Shown: positions 1 to 9,180 of the stretch, in pieces | Layout of the letters: each line of letters starts with the position of its first letter | Position numbering within the stretch: position 1 is the stretch's first letter | DNA from: an uncultured Acidimicrobiales bacterium | GTDB taxonomy: Bacteria > Actinomycetota > Acidimicrobiia > Acidimicrobiales > Bin134 | Length of the DNA: 64,000 bases | Assembly (NCBI GenBank): GCA_951813555.1 | Contig: OX638344.1 | Coordinates: forward strand, 2,854,475-2,918,474 | Direction of reading: 5' to 3' | Translations under genes and position numbers: made by a program | The notes under the pieces: model-generated | What the model was told of the DNA's origin: nothing | The model's input: only the letters and a program-made list of their open reading frames with translations | Database searches by the model: none

Positions 1-610
1 AAAATCCGTTGTACCAATCAGCGCAGCGAGCGGCGATCCGGCGAAGTCGCTCTCCTCCCCCACCGATGAGTACCGGAATCCCATTGGGGCGCAGGGGCAT
101 GGGATCAAAGACCGCGTCATTCAAGTTGACAAAACGGCCGGAATAGCTCACCAATTCCGGCGAATCGCATAGCAGCCGGAAAGCCTCGACCGTCTCCTCT
201 AGCAATGCCATACGGTCCCCAACTGCGGGATAGTCGACGCCGTACATGGCGTGCTCCGCGTCGTGCCATGCCGCACCCACTCCGAGAACGGCCCGGCCAG
301 CAGTCACGTGATCCAGCGTGACCGCCATCTTGGCCAAGAGCGCAGGGTGGCGGTAGGTCACGCCGGTGACCAGGGTGCCCACCTCAAGCTTCGAGGTGAC
401 CGCTCCAAGCGCAGCCAAGACGACCCAGCCCTCAAACTGGGGACCAGACGGCACTCCACCAACTGTCTCTTGCCGGGGGCCGGGGTTGAGGGGTACGAAA
501 TGGTCGAAGGTGAATCCGGCCGAAAATCCGAGCTGATCAGCTGCTTGCCACAAGTCGCGCAGGCGCGAGAAGTCGGTATGCTCCGGAGGCGTTTGGATGG
601 CCAGTTTCAT
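1..610 (-). CDS. LLM-class (luciferase-like) F420/flavin-dependent oxidoreductase, 3' end cut by window edge
   Basis: Own translation from ATG (cat at 608-610): MKLAIQTPPEHTDFSRLRDLWQAADQLGFSAGFTFDHF...TYRHPALLAKMAVTLDHVTAGRAVLGVGAAWHDAEH. The frame stays open to position 1. It is absent from the ORF track because it has no stop in the window. Confidence 0.8.
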   Translation of the reverse strand, partial: MKLAIQTPPEHTDFSRLRDLWQAADQLGFSAGFTFDHFVPLNPGPRQETVGGVPSGPQFEGWVVLAALGAVTSKLEVGTLVTGVTYRHPALLAKMAVTLDHVTAGRAVLGVGAAWHDAEHAMYGVDYPAVGDRMALLEETVEAFRLLCDSPELVSYSGRFVNLNDAVFDPMPLRPNGIPVLIGGGGERLRRIAARCADWYNGF

Positions 611-660
611 GTCAGATCACTCCTCAAGTGGTCATTTGTCGATCTTGGGCACACAGCTCT

Positions 661-2208
661 CTATGCCCAGCGTTCCTTCCCCCAGCGCTCTAGCGCGCTA
701 GCAGCTTGATAGGTAATGACTGCGAAGACAACCGCGAACACAATCGCAGCCCACGCTTCGGAATTCTCAAATGCAGCCCGCCGAGTGCTCAGGTGAAATC
801 CGAGTCCGTTCGTACCCATCAGCCATTCAGCCGTCAAGGCGGCCAGGAACACAATGGACGCGGTAATGCGAATACCGGTCAACACGTTGGGCACTGCGGA
901 GGGAACGGCCAAGAATACGATCCGCCGCCACCCCGGCGAACCGAGGGCCGAGAACACACTGTCTGCCCCTGGAGGACGAGCTCGGAGCCCTGAGAGGGCA
1001 AAGACATAAACCGGGAAGAAGGCAATCAGGCCTGCGACCACCAAGACCGTGGTCTGAGAAAACCCAGCTATGCGGGCGATCAAGGGGATTAGCACCACGA
1101 TAGGCACGGTCGGCATGACGACCACGATGGGCGCCAGCGAGTTGCGCAATATCGGCGACAAGGAGCTGACCAAGGCCAGCACTGTGCCCAGGACAAGGCC
1201 TATACCGAGCCCACCTACGGCTGAGAGCAATGTTACGAGAGTCAATTCGGCGTAGAGCCCGGGGTCGTCGATGATTGCTTTCAGAGTTTCGTAGGGCGTG
1301 GGAGCAATCAATTCCGGAACGTCTTCGATCTCGATCCAGAGCCACCAACAGGCAATTAGGGCAGCGACAACCCAGAACTGGGTCAAGGCAGAACGAGCCC
1401 ACCCTTGCTCGGTTCCCGACCGGTCGGTGTGAGCTCCGCAAATGGCGACTACCCGGCCGAAGATCCGCTCGACAATCCGCTCGACGGCACCCAACAAGAT
1501 GTAAGCGCCGCCTGCAAGGACAATGAGAACCACGCCGACGGCCCATAGCTGTTCAACTTGGAAGTTCCTCATCGAGTTGAGCAGCAGCACGCCGAGGCCC
1601 CGTTCAACTCCGAACCACTCGCCCAGGACTGCTCCCGAAACTGCGGCCGGGGCGGCGACTCGGAGGCCGTCAATCAAGTTGGGGACGGCTGTGGGTACTT
1701 GGAGGAGGCGGAATCTGGTGATCTTGCTCGAACCCAAGGCCGAGAACACATCGTTGGCTGATTGAGAGCTGCTCCGAAACCCCGCGCCAGCCGCTACCAG
1801 GATCGTGAAGAAGACGAACATCAGCGCGAACAGGACCGGTGTCTGCGAGGTCCATCCCAGGGCGTAGATGACCGGTCCGAGCGCGATGGCCGGAATAGCG
1901 TGGACCACGACTGCTCCGGTGTAGGTGCTGTTCTCTAGACGCGGGATGAGCAGCGCTATCACCGCCAATGAGACGGCGATGAGTGCCCCAAACAGATACC
2001 CCCACGCGGCCCGCTCCAGAGTGGCCGCCGCCGCTCGCCTGATCACCTCATCCTTGTCGCCGATCGCTTGAAGTGCGTCCGACAACGGCGGGAAGGTGCG
2101 CCCGAGCCATCCGTTGCGCCCCGTCGCCTCCCACAGTGTCAAGAAGCTGGCAGCACCAAGGGTGCCCAGGCCTATCCGGCTGACTCTGCTATTGAGAGTC
2201 AAGCGCAT
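661..2208 (-). CDS. ABC transporter permease, fused double-permease (NitT/TauT, SsuC/TauC-like)
   Basis: 515 aa and very hydrophobic, with two tandem permease-like halves. It overlaps the upstream ATPase gene by 20 nt. The operon also has an NMT1/SsuA-like binding protein. Confidence 0.8.
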   Translation of the reverse strand: MRLTLNSRVSRIGLGTLGAASFLTLWEATGRNGWLGRTFPPLSDALQAIGDKDEVIRRAAAATLERAAWGYLFGALIAVSLAVIALLIPRLENSTYTGAVVVHAIPAIALGPVIYALGWTSQTPVLFALMFVFFTILVAAGAGFRSSSQSANDVFSALGSSKITRFRLLQVPTAVPNLIDGLRVAAPAAVSGAVLGEWFGVERGLGVLLLNSMRNFQVEQLWAVGVVLIVLAGGAYILLGAVERIVERIFGRVVAICGAHTDRSGTEQGWARSALTQFWVVAALIACWWLWIEIEDVPELIAPTPYETLKAIIDDPGLYAELTLVTLLSAVGGLGIGLVLGTVLALVSSLSPILRNSLAPIVVVMPTVPIVVLIPLIARIAGFSQTTVLVVAGLIAFFPVYVFALSGLRARPPGADSVFSALGSPGWRRIVFLAVPSAVPNVLTGIRITASIVFLAALTAEWLMGTNGLGFHLSTRRAAFENSEAWAAIVFAVVFAVITYQAASALERWGKERWA

Positions 2209-3022
2209 TGATCAGCTCGTCGTAGAGGGCTTTGAATTCGGCGCTCTGGGAGACGTCCTTGTAGCGCGGTCGCGGGAAGGGAGCCTCTCTTTCCAGGATG
2301 ACCCGGCCCGGCCGCTGGGACATCACTGAAACCCGGTCGCTCAGCAGCAGCGCCTCTTCCACCGAGTGGGTGACCAAGACTGTTGTGACCTTCAGGCGGG
2401 ACCACAAGTGCTGGAGCTCGAGATTGAGGGCCCGCCTTGTGACCGCGTCTAACGCCCCAAACGGCTCGTCAAGCAGCAAGATGGTGGGGTTCAGTGCTAG
2501 CGCACGGGCTATCGACACGCGCTGGCGCATCCCGCCGGAGAGGTGCTTGGGCCGGGCCTTCTCAAAACCGGTGAGGCCGACCAACTCGATCAGCTCACTT
2601 ACCTTGTCCTTGTCAACGGCCTCCCCTCGGATTCGGAATGGAAGTCCAACGTTTGACCGCACACTGAGCCAAGGCATTAGGGCGTGATCCTGGAACGCCA
2701 TGCCAATGCCTCCTGCCTTGACCAATCTGTGAGGAGGCTCGGCAAAGTTCTGGACCGTTCCCGCATTGGGGATCTCGAGTCCGGCTATGAGGCGCAAGGC
2801 AGTCGACTTGCCGCAGCCAGACGGGCCAATGAGCGCCACAAACTCGCCGTCGCCGACGGCGAGATCGAATCTTTCCAGCGCAGTGACCGAGTGTCCGCGG
2901 CGTACTTCAAATACCTTCGACACTCCAAAGAGGCCGATTGCGGCAACTGGGCTCGCCTCCCCAGCATCCTCGGCGTCACCAGGTTGGCCTGCGTTGGTCA
3001 TATTCCCTCCACAGTCGGCCAA
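2189..3022 (-). CDS. ABC transporter ATP-binding protein (NitT/TauT family)
   Basis: Walker A GPSGCGKST, ABC signature LSGGMRQRVSIARAL, Walker B LLLDEPFGALD. The start may instead be the internal MTNAGQ (3001). Confidence 0.9.
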   Translation of the reverse strand: MADCGGNMTNAGQPGDAEDAGEASPVAAIGLFGVSKVFEVRRGHSVTALERFDLAVGDGEFVALIGPSGCGKSTALRLIAGLEIPNAGTVQNFAEPPHRLVKAGGIGMAFQDHALMPWLSVRSNVGLPFRIRGEAVDKDKVSELIELVGLTGFEKARPKHLSGGMRQRVSIARALALNPTILLLDEPFGALDAVTRRALNLELQHLWSRLKVTTVLVTHSVEEALLLSDRVSVMSQRPGRVILEREAPFPRPRYKDVSQSAEFKALYDELINALDSQ

Positions 3023-3091
3023 TGCGTACCCCGCTGGCGCACTCGGGCTCAGGTAAACGGGCCCTGCGGGGCCACCTCAGTCGGAGCTGTC

Positions 3092-4204
3092 TCAGTACAG
3101 GGTAGTCGCTCCATCGAATACCTCTTCGAGGACCGATTGATCCCAGAGGACGCCAATCTCCGGCAAATTTTCGCGGCCGGCAATCCTCAGACCCTCGTAT
3201 TCGCCCTCTATGACCGCTTCATCCAACCACATCAGGCCCTTGGCCTCAGTGGCATCACTGGTCATGAAGGCACTTTGGGCGACGAGTTGGGCGGCCTCTG
3301 TGGTGGCATCTAGGCCGAGGTCGACACCGTACTCGTTGACCGTCAGATCCACGGCCAGCGCATTGTCGGCAAAGGCGTGCTCCCATCCCTTGATTCCGGC
3401 CCGCATGTACCCGACGACAGCGTCGCGGTTCTCAGCCAGATAGGTCCGAGTGGTGGTCCAAAGCCTGCCATAGCGGGTCCATCCGAGATCCCCGAGGCTG
3501 ACCACACCGTGCTCTATTCCCCGGGCATCAAGGGCAAGGGGCTGATTGGTAAGGAATGCGTAATAGACATCGACTTCGCCTTCGACCACCGGAGAGGGGT
3601 CGAATCCAGTGGGCACGTACTCGTAGTCGGGTTCGATACCGTTGATCCTGAACAGCGTGTCAACGTCTGCGATCCCGGACTCGCCCTGGAGGCCAATCTT
3701 CTTGCCGATCAGATCTTCGATGGAGCTGACCGGGTTGTCGGGCATGTAGATGAACCCGATCGGCGACTGCTGTAGCGCAGCACCGAGCACAATGAGGTCG
3801 GCACCGGCGGCAATGGCGTCCACCGTCCGGGACAGGAACGAAATGGCACCAATCTCGATGCCCGGGCCGTTGATCGTCACCGGAGTCGAGATGCCACCGC
3901 CTCCCTGTACCAAGGTGGCCGCAATGTTGTTGTCGGCAAAATAGCCTTGATTGTCGGCGACAAAGTGGCCGGCGAACTGGACATTCTTGATCCAGTCGAA
4001 CTGGAATCGGACATTGCTGACCATCGGCTCCGGCGCCATGGTCGCGGTCGGCGTGGCCAGCGCTGCCGTTGCCGTCGCGGGACTTGGCTGGTCGTCGTCG
4101 TTTCCGCACGCGGCAAGGAAGGCAGGAGTGGTGACTACCGCCCCCGCCACTGCGGCCTTTGTGATGAAGTCTCGCCTGGTTATGACGATCGAGTCTTTCT
4201 TCAC
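3092..4204 (-). CDS. ABC transporter substrate-binding lipoprotein (NMT1/THI5/SsuA-like)
   Basis: N-terminus has a Tat-like RRDFITKAAVAGAVV followed by lipobox LAAC. It is the first gene of the permease/ATPase operon and is divergent from the LysR gene. Confidence 0.75.
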   Translation of the reverse strand: MKKDSIVITRRDFITKAAVAGAVVTTPAFLAACGNDDDQPSPATATAALATPTATMAPEPMVSNVRFQFDWIKNVQFAGHFVADNQGYFADNNIAATLVQGGGGISTPVTINGPGIEIGAISFLSRTVDAIAAGADLIVLGAALQQSPIGFIYMPDNPVSSIEDLIGKKIGLQGESGIADVDTLFRINGIEPDYEYVPTGFDPSPVVEGEVDVYYAFLTNQPLALDARGIEHGVVSLGDLGWTRYGRLWTTTRTYLAENRDAVVGYMRAGIKGWEHAFADNALAVDLTVNEYGVDLGLDATTEAAQLVAQSAFMTSDATEAKGLMWLDEAVIEGEYEGLRIAGRENLPEIGVLWDQSVLEEVFDGATTLY

Positions 4205-4343
4205 GTCAACTCCTCCCCGTTTCCCCCTTGATCTGCCGATGTTCCTCGACTTGCTCGGAGCAGCCGGGACATCGTGCGGACGCTCGTGCCTCCGAATGTA
4301 GGGCGGCTCCTAGGCCCGTCCAAGACCAGATTCCCCTACTTTG

Positions 4344-4358
4344 ATAATCTCCGCTTAT
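4344..4358. promoter_or_regulatory. LysR-type T-N11-A box (ATAA-N7-TTAT dyad) overlapping the LysR start codon; possible leaderless promoter
   Basis: ATAATCTCCGCTTAT at 4344-4358, with T(4345)-N11-A(4357). TAATCT (4345-4350) fits the -10 pattern TANNNT and lies 6 nt before the ATG at 4357. There is no room for a Shine-Dalgarno sequence. Confidence 0.4.
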
Positions 4359-5229
4359 GGACCTCTCGCTCCGGGTCGTGAGGTACTTTGTGACGGTGGC
4401 CGAGACCGGCCATTTCGGCCAGGCCGCCGATCGCTTGTTCATCTCCCAGCCCGCGCTAAGCCAGCAAATCAAGCGGTTCGAAGCCCAGTTTGGCTGCCAA
4501 CTGCTCGAGCGGTCGCGATCAGGGGTGAGCCTTACCCCCGCAGGCCAGGTTTTCCTCGATGAGGCACGAGCCCTTCTTGCTGCGGGAGAGGCCGCTGTCG
4601 CCCGTACGTTGCGGGCCACGGAGCAAAGCGAGATCATGATCGCCTTTGTGGCCGGAACTCCGCACGACCTCACGGCAAGGCTCTTTCATGCAGCCGAATC
4701 CATGCAATCTGATTTGGCCCTCAACCTGGTCCGAATCGACTGGGCATCGCCATTTGCGCACCTGCGCAGCGGAGCGGTTGACGCCGCAATCCTGCACCTT
4801 CCCTGTCAAGAACCCAACATAGACTACCAGCCAATACACAATGAACCACGGGTTGCGGTGCTGCCCTCCGATCACCGCCTAGCCGGACTTGAGAAGGTCA
4901 GCATCGATGACTTGGACCCAGAGCCGATGCTCGACTCCAACTTCAATCGGGAGTTCTGGTTGGTCATTCCCCGCCCCAGCAGTCGTGAGCCCTGTGTGGT
5001 GCAGCCGGCCCCGAACTCGGCAGAGCAGCTCATGGATCTCGTCGCGCAACGAAGGGGCATCGCAATCACCGCTCAAACGGTGAGTGAGCTGTACCAACGG
5101 CCCGATGTCGTGGCCGTCCCAATCTTGGACATTGACCAGGTCCAATTGGGCTTGGCATGGCCGGCTGAACATCCGGCCTCCGCCGTGCTTCGACTGGCCG
5201 ACGCGCTGGCCGTCGAGTGCTCCCCCTAG
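4357..5229 (+). CDS. LysR family transcriptional regulator
   Basis: N-terminal HTH LRVVRYFVTVAETGHFGQAADRLFISQPALSQQIKRFE and 290 aa length. It is divergent from the ABC operon. Confidence 0.9.
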   Translation: MDLSLRVVRYFVTVAETGHFGQAADRLFISQPALSQQIKRFEAQFGCQLLERSRSGVSLTPAGQVFLDEARALLAAGEAAVARTLRATEQSEIMIAFVAGTPHDLTARLFHAAESMQSDLALNLVRIDWASPFAHLRSGAVDAAILHLPCQEPNIDYQPIHNEPRVAVLPSDHRLAGLEKVSIDDLDPEPMLDSNFNREFWLVIPRPSSREPCVVQPAPNSAEQLMDLVAQRRGIAITAQTVSELYQRPDVVAVPILDIDQVQLGLAWPAEHPASAVLRLADALAVECSP

Positions 5230-5246
5230 TCGAGCGGGCAGGGATA

Positions 5247-7181
5247 TCAGCCAAGAAGGCTGTAGCGGATCGCGCCGTCGGCGTGGGCTGGACCGGAAAT
5301 CCCCATCAGGTAGGCCAGGGTGGGGGCGACATCGCGTAGTTGAATCGGAGTCTCGGGCATTCCATGGGCACCTAGCCCTGCTCCAAACCAAAGCGCCATC
5401 GCGCTGTTGTGGAACTCCCCGCGTTGTGCGCTGGGCAAATACGGGGTGTGAACGCCTGAGACCACATGGGTGGGAGAAATAGGGTTGCGGGCCATGCGCT
5501 GCGGTGTCAGCTCGCCGATGGTGTTGACGTCGCGAGAACCGTCCCAGGTGGTGTAGGTGGGCTTCAGGAAGTACACCACATCTCCGATGCGGTCTTGGGC
5601 TAGCCCGCTCAGGTTGAGCGCCTCTCGACGGGCGACGAGCTCAAAGGGCTTCTCGCCAGTCTCGGGGTCTACAACCGCGGAGAGCGTGTCAATCACCCGT
5701 TGGCGGACTGACTCGAACTCCGAGGGCTCGACCGGGCCGTCAGGTTCGCGGCCGGCCAGATTGACCCAAACGTGCTGGGGCTGAAGTGCGGGACCAACCA
5801 GGCTGTTGGCAGGATCGAGGACGTATCGAGAGCTTTCGCTGTCCCAGTCATAGGAGACAAGGCCCTCTTGGCGGAGGATGTCGAGCACCGAGATGTGGCG
5901 CCAACAGGGCAGACAGGCGTGGTCGGACACCACCACGACGCTGGTATGCGGATCGGCGCACTCTCGGACGATCCCGGCCACAAGCTTGTCCACCGCCCGG
6001 TAGGCCTCTTCATAAACCTGTTTCGTCAAGCGGGTGTAGGACTTAGCGGCATAGGGGTACTCGGGGTCGAGGTAACCGAGCATGGTGTGGTTGATGTAGT
6101 CGATGAAGTGGTAATGGGACATCAACAGGTCGAATGGCTCTTCAGCGTCCTGCTCACATATGACATCTGTCATCCACTGGACTTGCTGATCGGCCAGATC
6201 CAGCATGACGTCGTCACTGAGATTGGACGGTCCGAACGGCCGCTCGTCTCCCGCCCGGACATTTGGGCATTCCAGCCCCTCGACATAGGGGCCATGGGTA
6301 GCACTGAGTCGGGCAGCCAATCCAGGGGGGTGGGTGTAGCCATCGACGGGCTCGACCCGGGTCCGGTACAGCTCGAACCCGCCGTCTCGGTCAGCCCTAA
6401 TGAGCCGGAACCGAGTAGCGCTCTCTCGCCCATTGAGTTCGATCGAGATCCACGGCGACCACTGGCTGGGGCGCAAGTCAGCAACAATGGAACTGCCTCG
6501 GGCATCCCGGCTCAGTGCAAGACAGACCTCCCCGTCAACGACGCGGCGCTGAGCATGAAAACCGGCGGGCTCGAACCCCGAAATGGGGAGGAAGGTGGTT
6601 TCCGGGCCGCTTCCTGGCACCGAATCCCAAGCTTCTGTTTGCTCGAAGCCGACTTGCAGAGGGTTCATGGTGATCTCGTGGAGCTTCAAGACGGCATCGG
6701 TCACAGGTCCTTGGGCGTAGATCTCCTCAGGGGTTTGATGCCAGATCATCCCACCAGGCGTGTCGCCGCCGATTACCCGTACACCTTCGCCCTTAGGGGG
6801 CCAACCCACGGGATAGTTGATCACCAAGCTTGATCCGCCGAGGTCCCCGACTGTCTCCCACAGCAACTCGGCTCGCGAGGTTGTGGATCGCAGGCTTCGG
6901 GGTCGTTCTCTGTCTTGGGCAGTCAATTCCTCCCCCGCCCATTTGGCGATGAAGCTGTTGATGCCGTGGTTGACCGGCTCGGCACCAGTGGCCAGCGTCG
7001 TCCAGTTGGTCGGAGTGTCAACGGGAACGGCCGGCATGGCTTCAACCGCGGTGCCCGCTTCCAATAGCTTCGCTGTCTCGGGCATTGAGCCCGCCTTGAG
7101 ATATTTCTTGACCATCGAAAGCATCGCGCCATCGACGCCGATCATCAGTGCCCGCTTCGAATCGGCTTGCTCATGTCGCAT
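5247..7181 (-). CDS. Alkaline-phosphatase-superfamily protein (type I phosphodiesterase/nucleotide pyrophosphatase-like)
   Basis: N-terminus LMIGVDGAMLSMV...VPVDTPTNWTTLATGAEPVNHGI is the metal/nucleophile region typical of AP-superfamily enzymes, and an internal VVVSDHA motif is present. It overlaps the upstream Rieske gene by 11 nt. Confidence 0.65.
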   Translation of the reverse strand: MRHEQADSKRALMIGVDGAMLSMVKKYLKAGSMPETAKLLEAGTAVEAMPAVPVDTPTNWTTLATGAEPVNHGINSFIAKWAGEELTAQDRERPRSLRSTTSRAELLWETVGDLGGSSLVINYPVGWPPKGEGVRVIGGDTPGGMIWHQTPEEIYAQGPVTDAVLKLHEITMNPLQVGFEQTEAWDSVPGSGPETTFLPISGFEPAGFHAQRRVVDGEVCLALSRDARGSSIVADLRPSQWSPWISIELNGRESATRFRLIRADRDGGFELYRTRVEPVDGYTHPPGLAARLSATHGPYVEGLECPNVRAGDERPFGPSNLSDDVMLDLADQQVQWMTDVICEQDAEEPFDLLMSHYHFIDYINHTMLGYLDPEYPYAAKSYTRLTKQVYEEAYRAVDKLVAGIVRECADPHTSVVVVSDHACLPCWRHISVLDILRQEGLVSYDWDSESSRYVLDPANSLVGPALQPQHVWVNLAGREPDGPVEPSEFESVRQRVIDTLSAVVDPETGEKPFELVARREALNLSGLAQDRIGDVVYFLKPTYTTWDGSRDVNTIGELTPQRMARNPISPTHVVSGVHTPYLPSAQRGEFHNSAMALWFGAGLGAHGMPETPIQLRDVAPTLAYLMGISGPAHADGAIRYSLLG

Positions 7182-8349
7182 AATTCCCCGCTTCCGTGTG
7201 ATCTGCCGACCGGTTGTCCAACAATCCGTCAGACAACTCGTGCTTTAGTTCCACCAACCACCGGCGGTACTCAAGAGACATTCTGTCTGCGGTGCGAACG
7301 TGGAGTTCCGCGGTCAGATCCTCCGGCAGTTCCTCTGGCCGCTGAGATTCGACGATCTGGCGGTCCTGCTCGGCAATCTCCATCTGAAATCGGCAGAACG
7401 GCGCATCTGATTCATCTAGAGCAAAATTGCGGAAATTCAACATAAATGTGCGGGAAACATTTTGCGATACCGGTGAAGCAGCCACAAGCAGTCCGAAGAA
7501 CTGGTCGCCTGGCAAGCTCTGCTGCCACCACACAGTCAGCGGCATGTAGACCCTCCAGTTGTGGTTCGATGTAAGCGTCGGGTCTGACTCAACTAGCTGG
7601 CTGGAGTCCGTCTTGATGCTCTGCACCTCGGAGAAATGTCCCCACATGTGGATGTTGTCGGTGTCGCGTACAAGGTCGTGGACCGGGGCCTCGGGCCGGT
7701 CTCTGGTTCCCAACTGGCCGTCATGAATCCAAGGGATGTGGGCTAGATCAACGAAGTTCTCGATTCGCCGGGCCGCGCCGGCGTTCCAGTCCACCGGCGG
7801 TATCTGGACAACGCGGTAATCAGGGTCGTCGTGTTCTTGGAAAGGGGGGATGCCGAATCGGGGGACGTCTTCCAAGCAAACCCATACCAAGCCGCCCGAT
7901 TCAGCGCATTGGTAGTTTCTCAGCCGGGCCTTGGCCGGAATTCGCTGGTCGAGACAACTGGGAATAAGCGTGCAGACACCATCGCTGTTGTAGCTCCAAC
8001 CGTGGTACGCACATCTGATCTCGTCTTCTTCTACCCACCCGAGTGACAGCTTTGCTCCCCGATGGGGGCACAAATCAGCAAAAGCGCGTGGCCGGCCGCC
8101 CAGACGAACCAACACAATGTCGTCGTCACATAGGCGGGCTGCTACTGGCTGAGACCCGACATCGCTCGAATAGGCAACGGGATGCCAGAAATGCCGGAAC
8201 GATTGGTAGACCTCTGCCTCGCCTTCAGCAGACAGTTGTGTATCTATCACTCTGCCTCTCAAGCACTTGGAATCCAATCTTTCGGATCCAACAGCGCAAA
8301 CAGGATTCTTGCCAGTCGGTTCCAAGTCTTCCAACACCATTGTCCACAC
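7171..8349 (-). CDS. Rieske [2Fe-2S] non-haem-iron oxygenase, alpha-subunit type
   Basis: Rieske motifs CPHRGAKLS and CAYHGWSY. The C-terminal catalytic domain resembles VanA/phthalate-family oxygenases. The exact start is uncertain. Confidence 0.8.
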   Translation of the reverse strand: MWTMVLEDLEPTGKNPVCAVGSERLDSKCLRGRVIDTQLSAEGEAEVYQSFRHFWHPVAYSSDVGSQPVAARLCDDDIVLVRLGGRPRAFADLCPHRGAKLSLGWVEEDEIRCAYHGWSYNSDGVCTLIPSCLDQRIPAKARLRNYQCAESGGLVWVCLEDVPRFGIPPFQEHDDPDYRVVQIPPVDWNAGAARRIENFVDLAHIPWIHDGQLGTRDRPEAPVHDLVRDTDNIHMWGHFSEVQSIKTDSSQLVESDPTLTSNHNWRVYMPLTVWWQQSLPGDQFFGLLVAASPVSQNVSRTFMLNFRNFALDESDAPFCRFQMEIAEQDRQIVESQRPEELPEDLTAELHVRTADRMSLEYRRWLVELKHELSDGLLDNRSADHTEAGNYAT

Positions 8350-8403
8350 CAGAGATAAGCATTCGTTATCAAGCCTCTATCCGCTTCCATTATCTAGAGC
8401 CCG

Positions 8404-9180
8404 CTATTGCAAGCGGAAGCGGACGATGCGGGAGAAGCTGTCGACTTCGAGGGAGGCGCCGCCGACGAGGGCGCCGTCGATGTCGGGCTGGGCCATGAGC
8501 TCGGCCACGTTGACGGGTTTGACCGAACCCCCGTACTGGATGCGCACGCTGGCGGCGGCATTGGCGCCGAAATTGGCCGCCACCCGCTCTCGGATGGGCT
8601 CGCAGCCGGCCTGGGCGTCGACGGGGGTGGCGGTTCGGCCGGTGCCTATGGCCCACACCGGTTCATAGGCGATCACCATGGCACCGACCTGATCTCGCTT
8701 AAGTCCGGCCAGTCCGGCATCAACCTGGGCGGTGATGCGGGCCTCGGTCTGGTCGGCCTCCCGCTCTTCAAGCGTCTCCCCGCAGCACATGATCGGGGTC
8801 ATTCCCGCGGCCAGGATGGCCTTGAGCCTCAGGTTCACGTTGTCGTCGGTCTCTCCGAAGAGCTGGCGGCGCTCGGAGTGACCGGCGATCACGTAGCTCA
8901 CCGCCAGCTTGGCCAACATGGCCGGGGACACTTCTCCGGTGAACGCTCCGCTCTCCTCCCAGTGGCAGTGCTGGGCCCCCAGGGCGATGGGAATGTTGTC
9001 GGCGTCGAGCACCGTCTGGGCCGAGCGCAGGTTGGTGAACGGCGGATGGATCGATACATCCGCGGAGTCGTAATCGGCATGGTCAAGGGCGTATGACAGC
9101 TTCTGGATGAGCTGGATGGCCTCCAGATGGTTCATGTGCATCTTCCAGTTACCGCTGATCAGCGGTTTGCGCTCAGCCAT
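8404..9180 (-). CDS. tpiA: Triosephosphate isomerase
   Basis: MAERKPLISGNWKMH...IAYEPVWAIGTG...IQYGGSV. The ATG at 9178-9180 lies 2 nt after the pgk stop, so the track ORF start at 9195 is probably an extension. Confidence 0.95.
   Translation of the reverse strand: MAERKPLISGNWKMHMNHLEAIQLIQKLSYALDHADYDSADVSIHPPFTNLRSAQTVLDADNIPIALGAQHCHWEESGAFTGEVSPAMLAKLAVSYVIAGHSERRQLFGETDDNVNLRLKAILAAGMTPIMCCGETLEEREADQTEARITAQVDAGLAGLKRDQVGAMVIAYEPVWAIGTGRTATPVDAQAGCEPIRERVAANFGANAAASVRIQYGGSVKPVNVAELMAQPDIDGALVGGASLEVDSFSRIVRFRLQ

Noticed and set aside
251-709. 152-aa plus-strand ORF at the left edge
   Set aside because: It lies antisense to a clearly LLM-like minus-strand gene (1-610). It has an Arg/Gly/Pro-rich shadow-frame composition and no recognisable motif.
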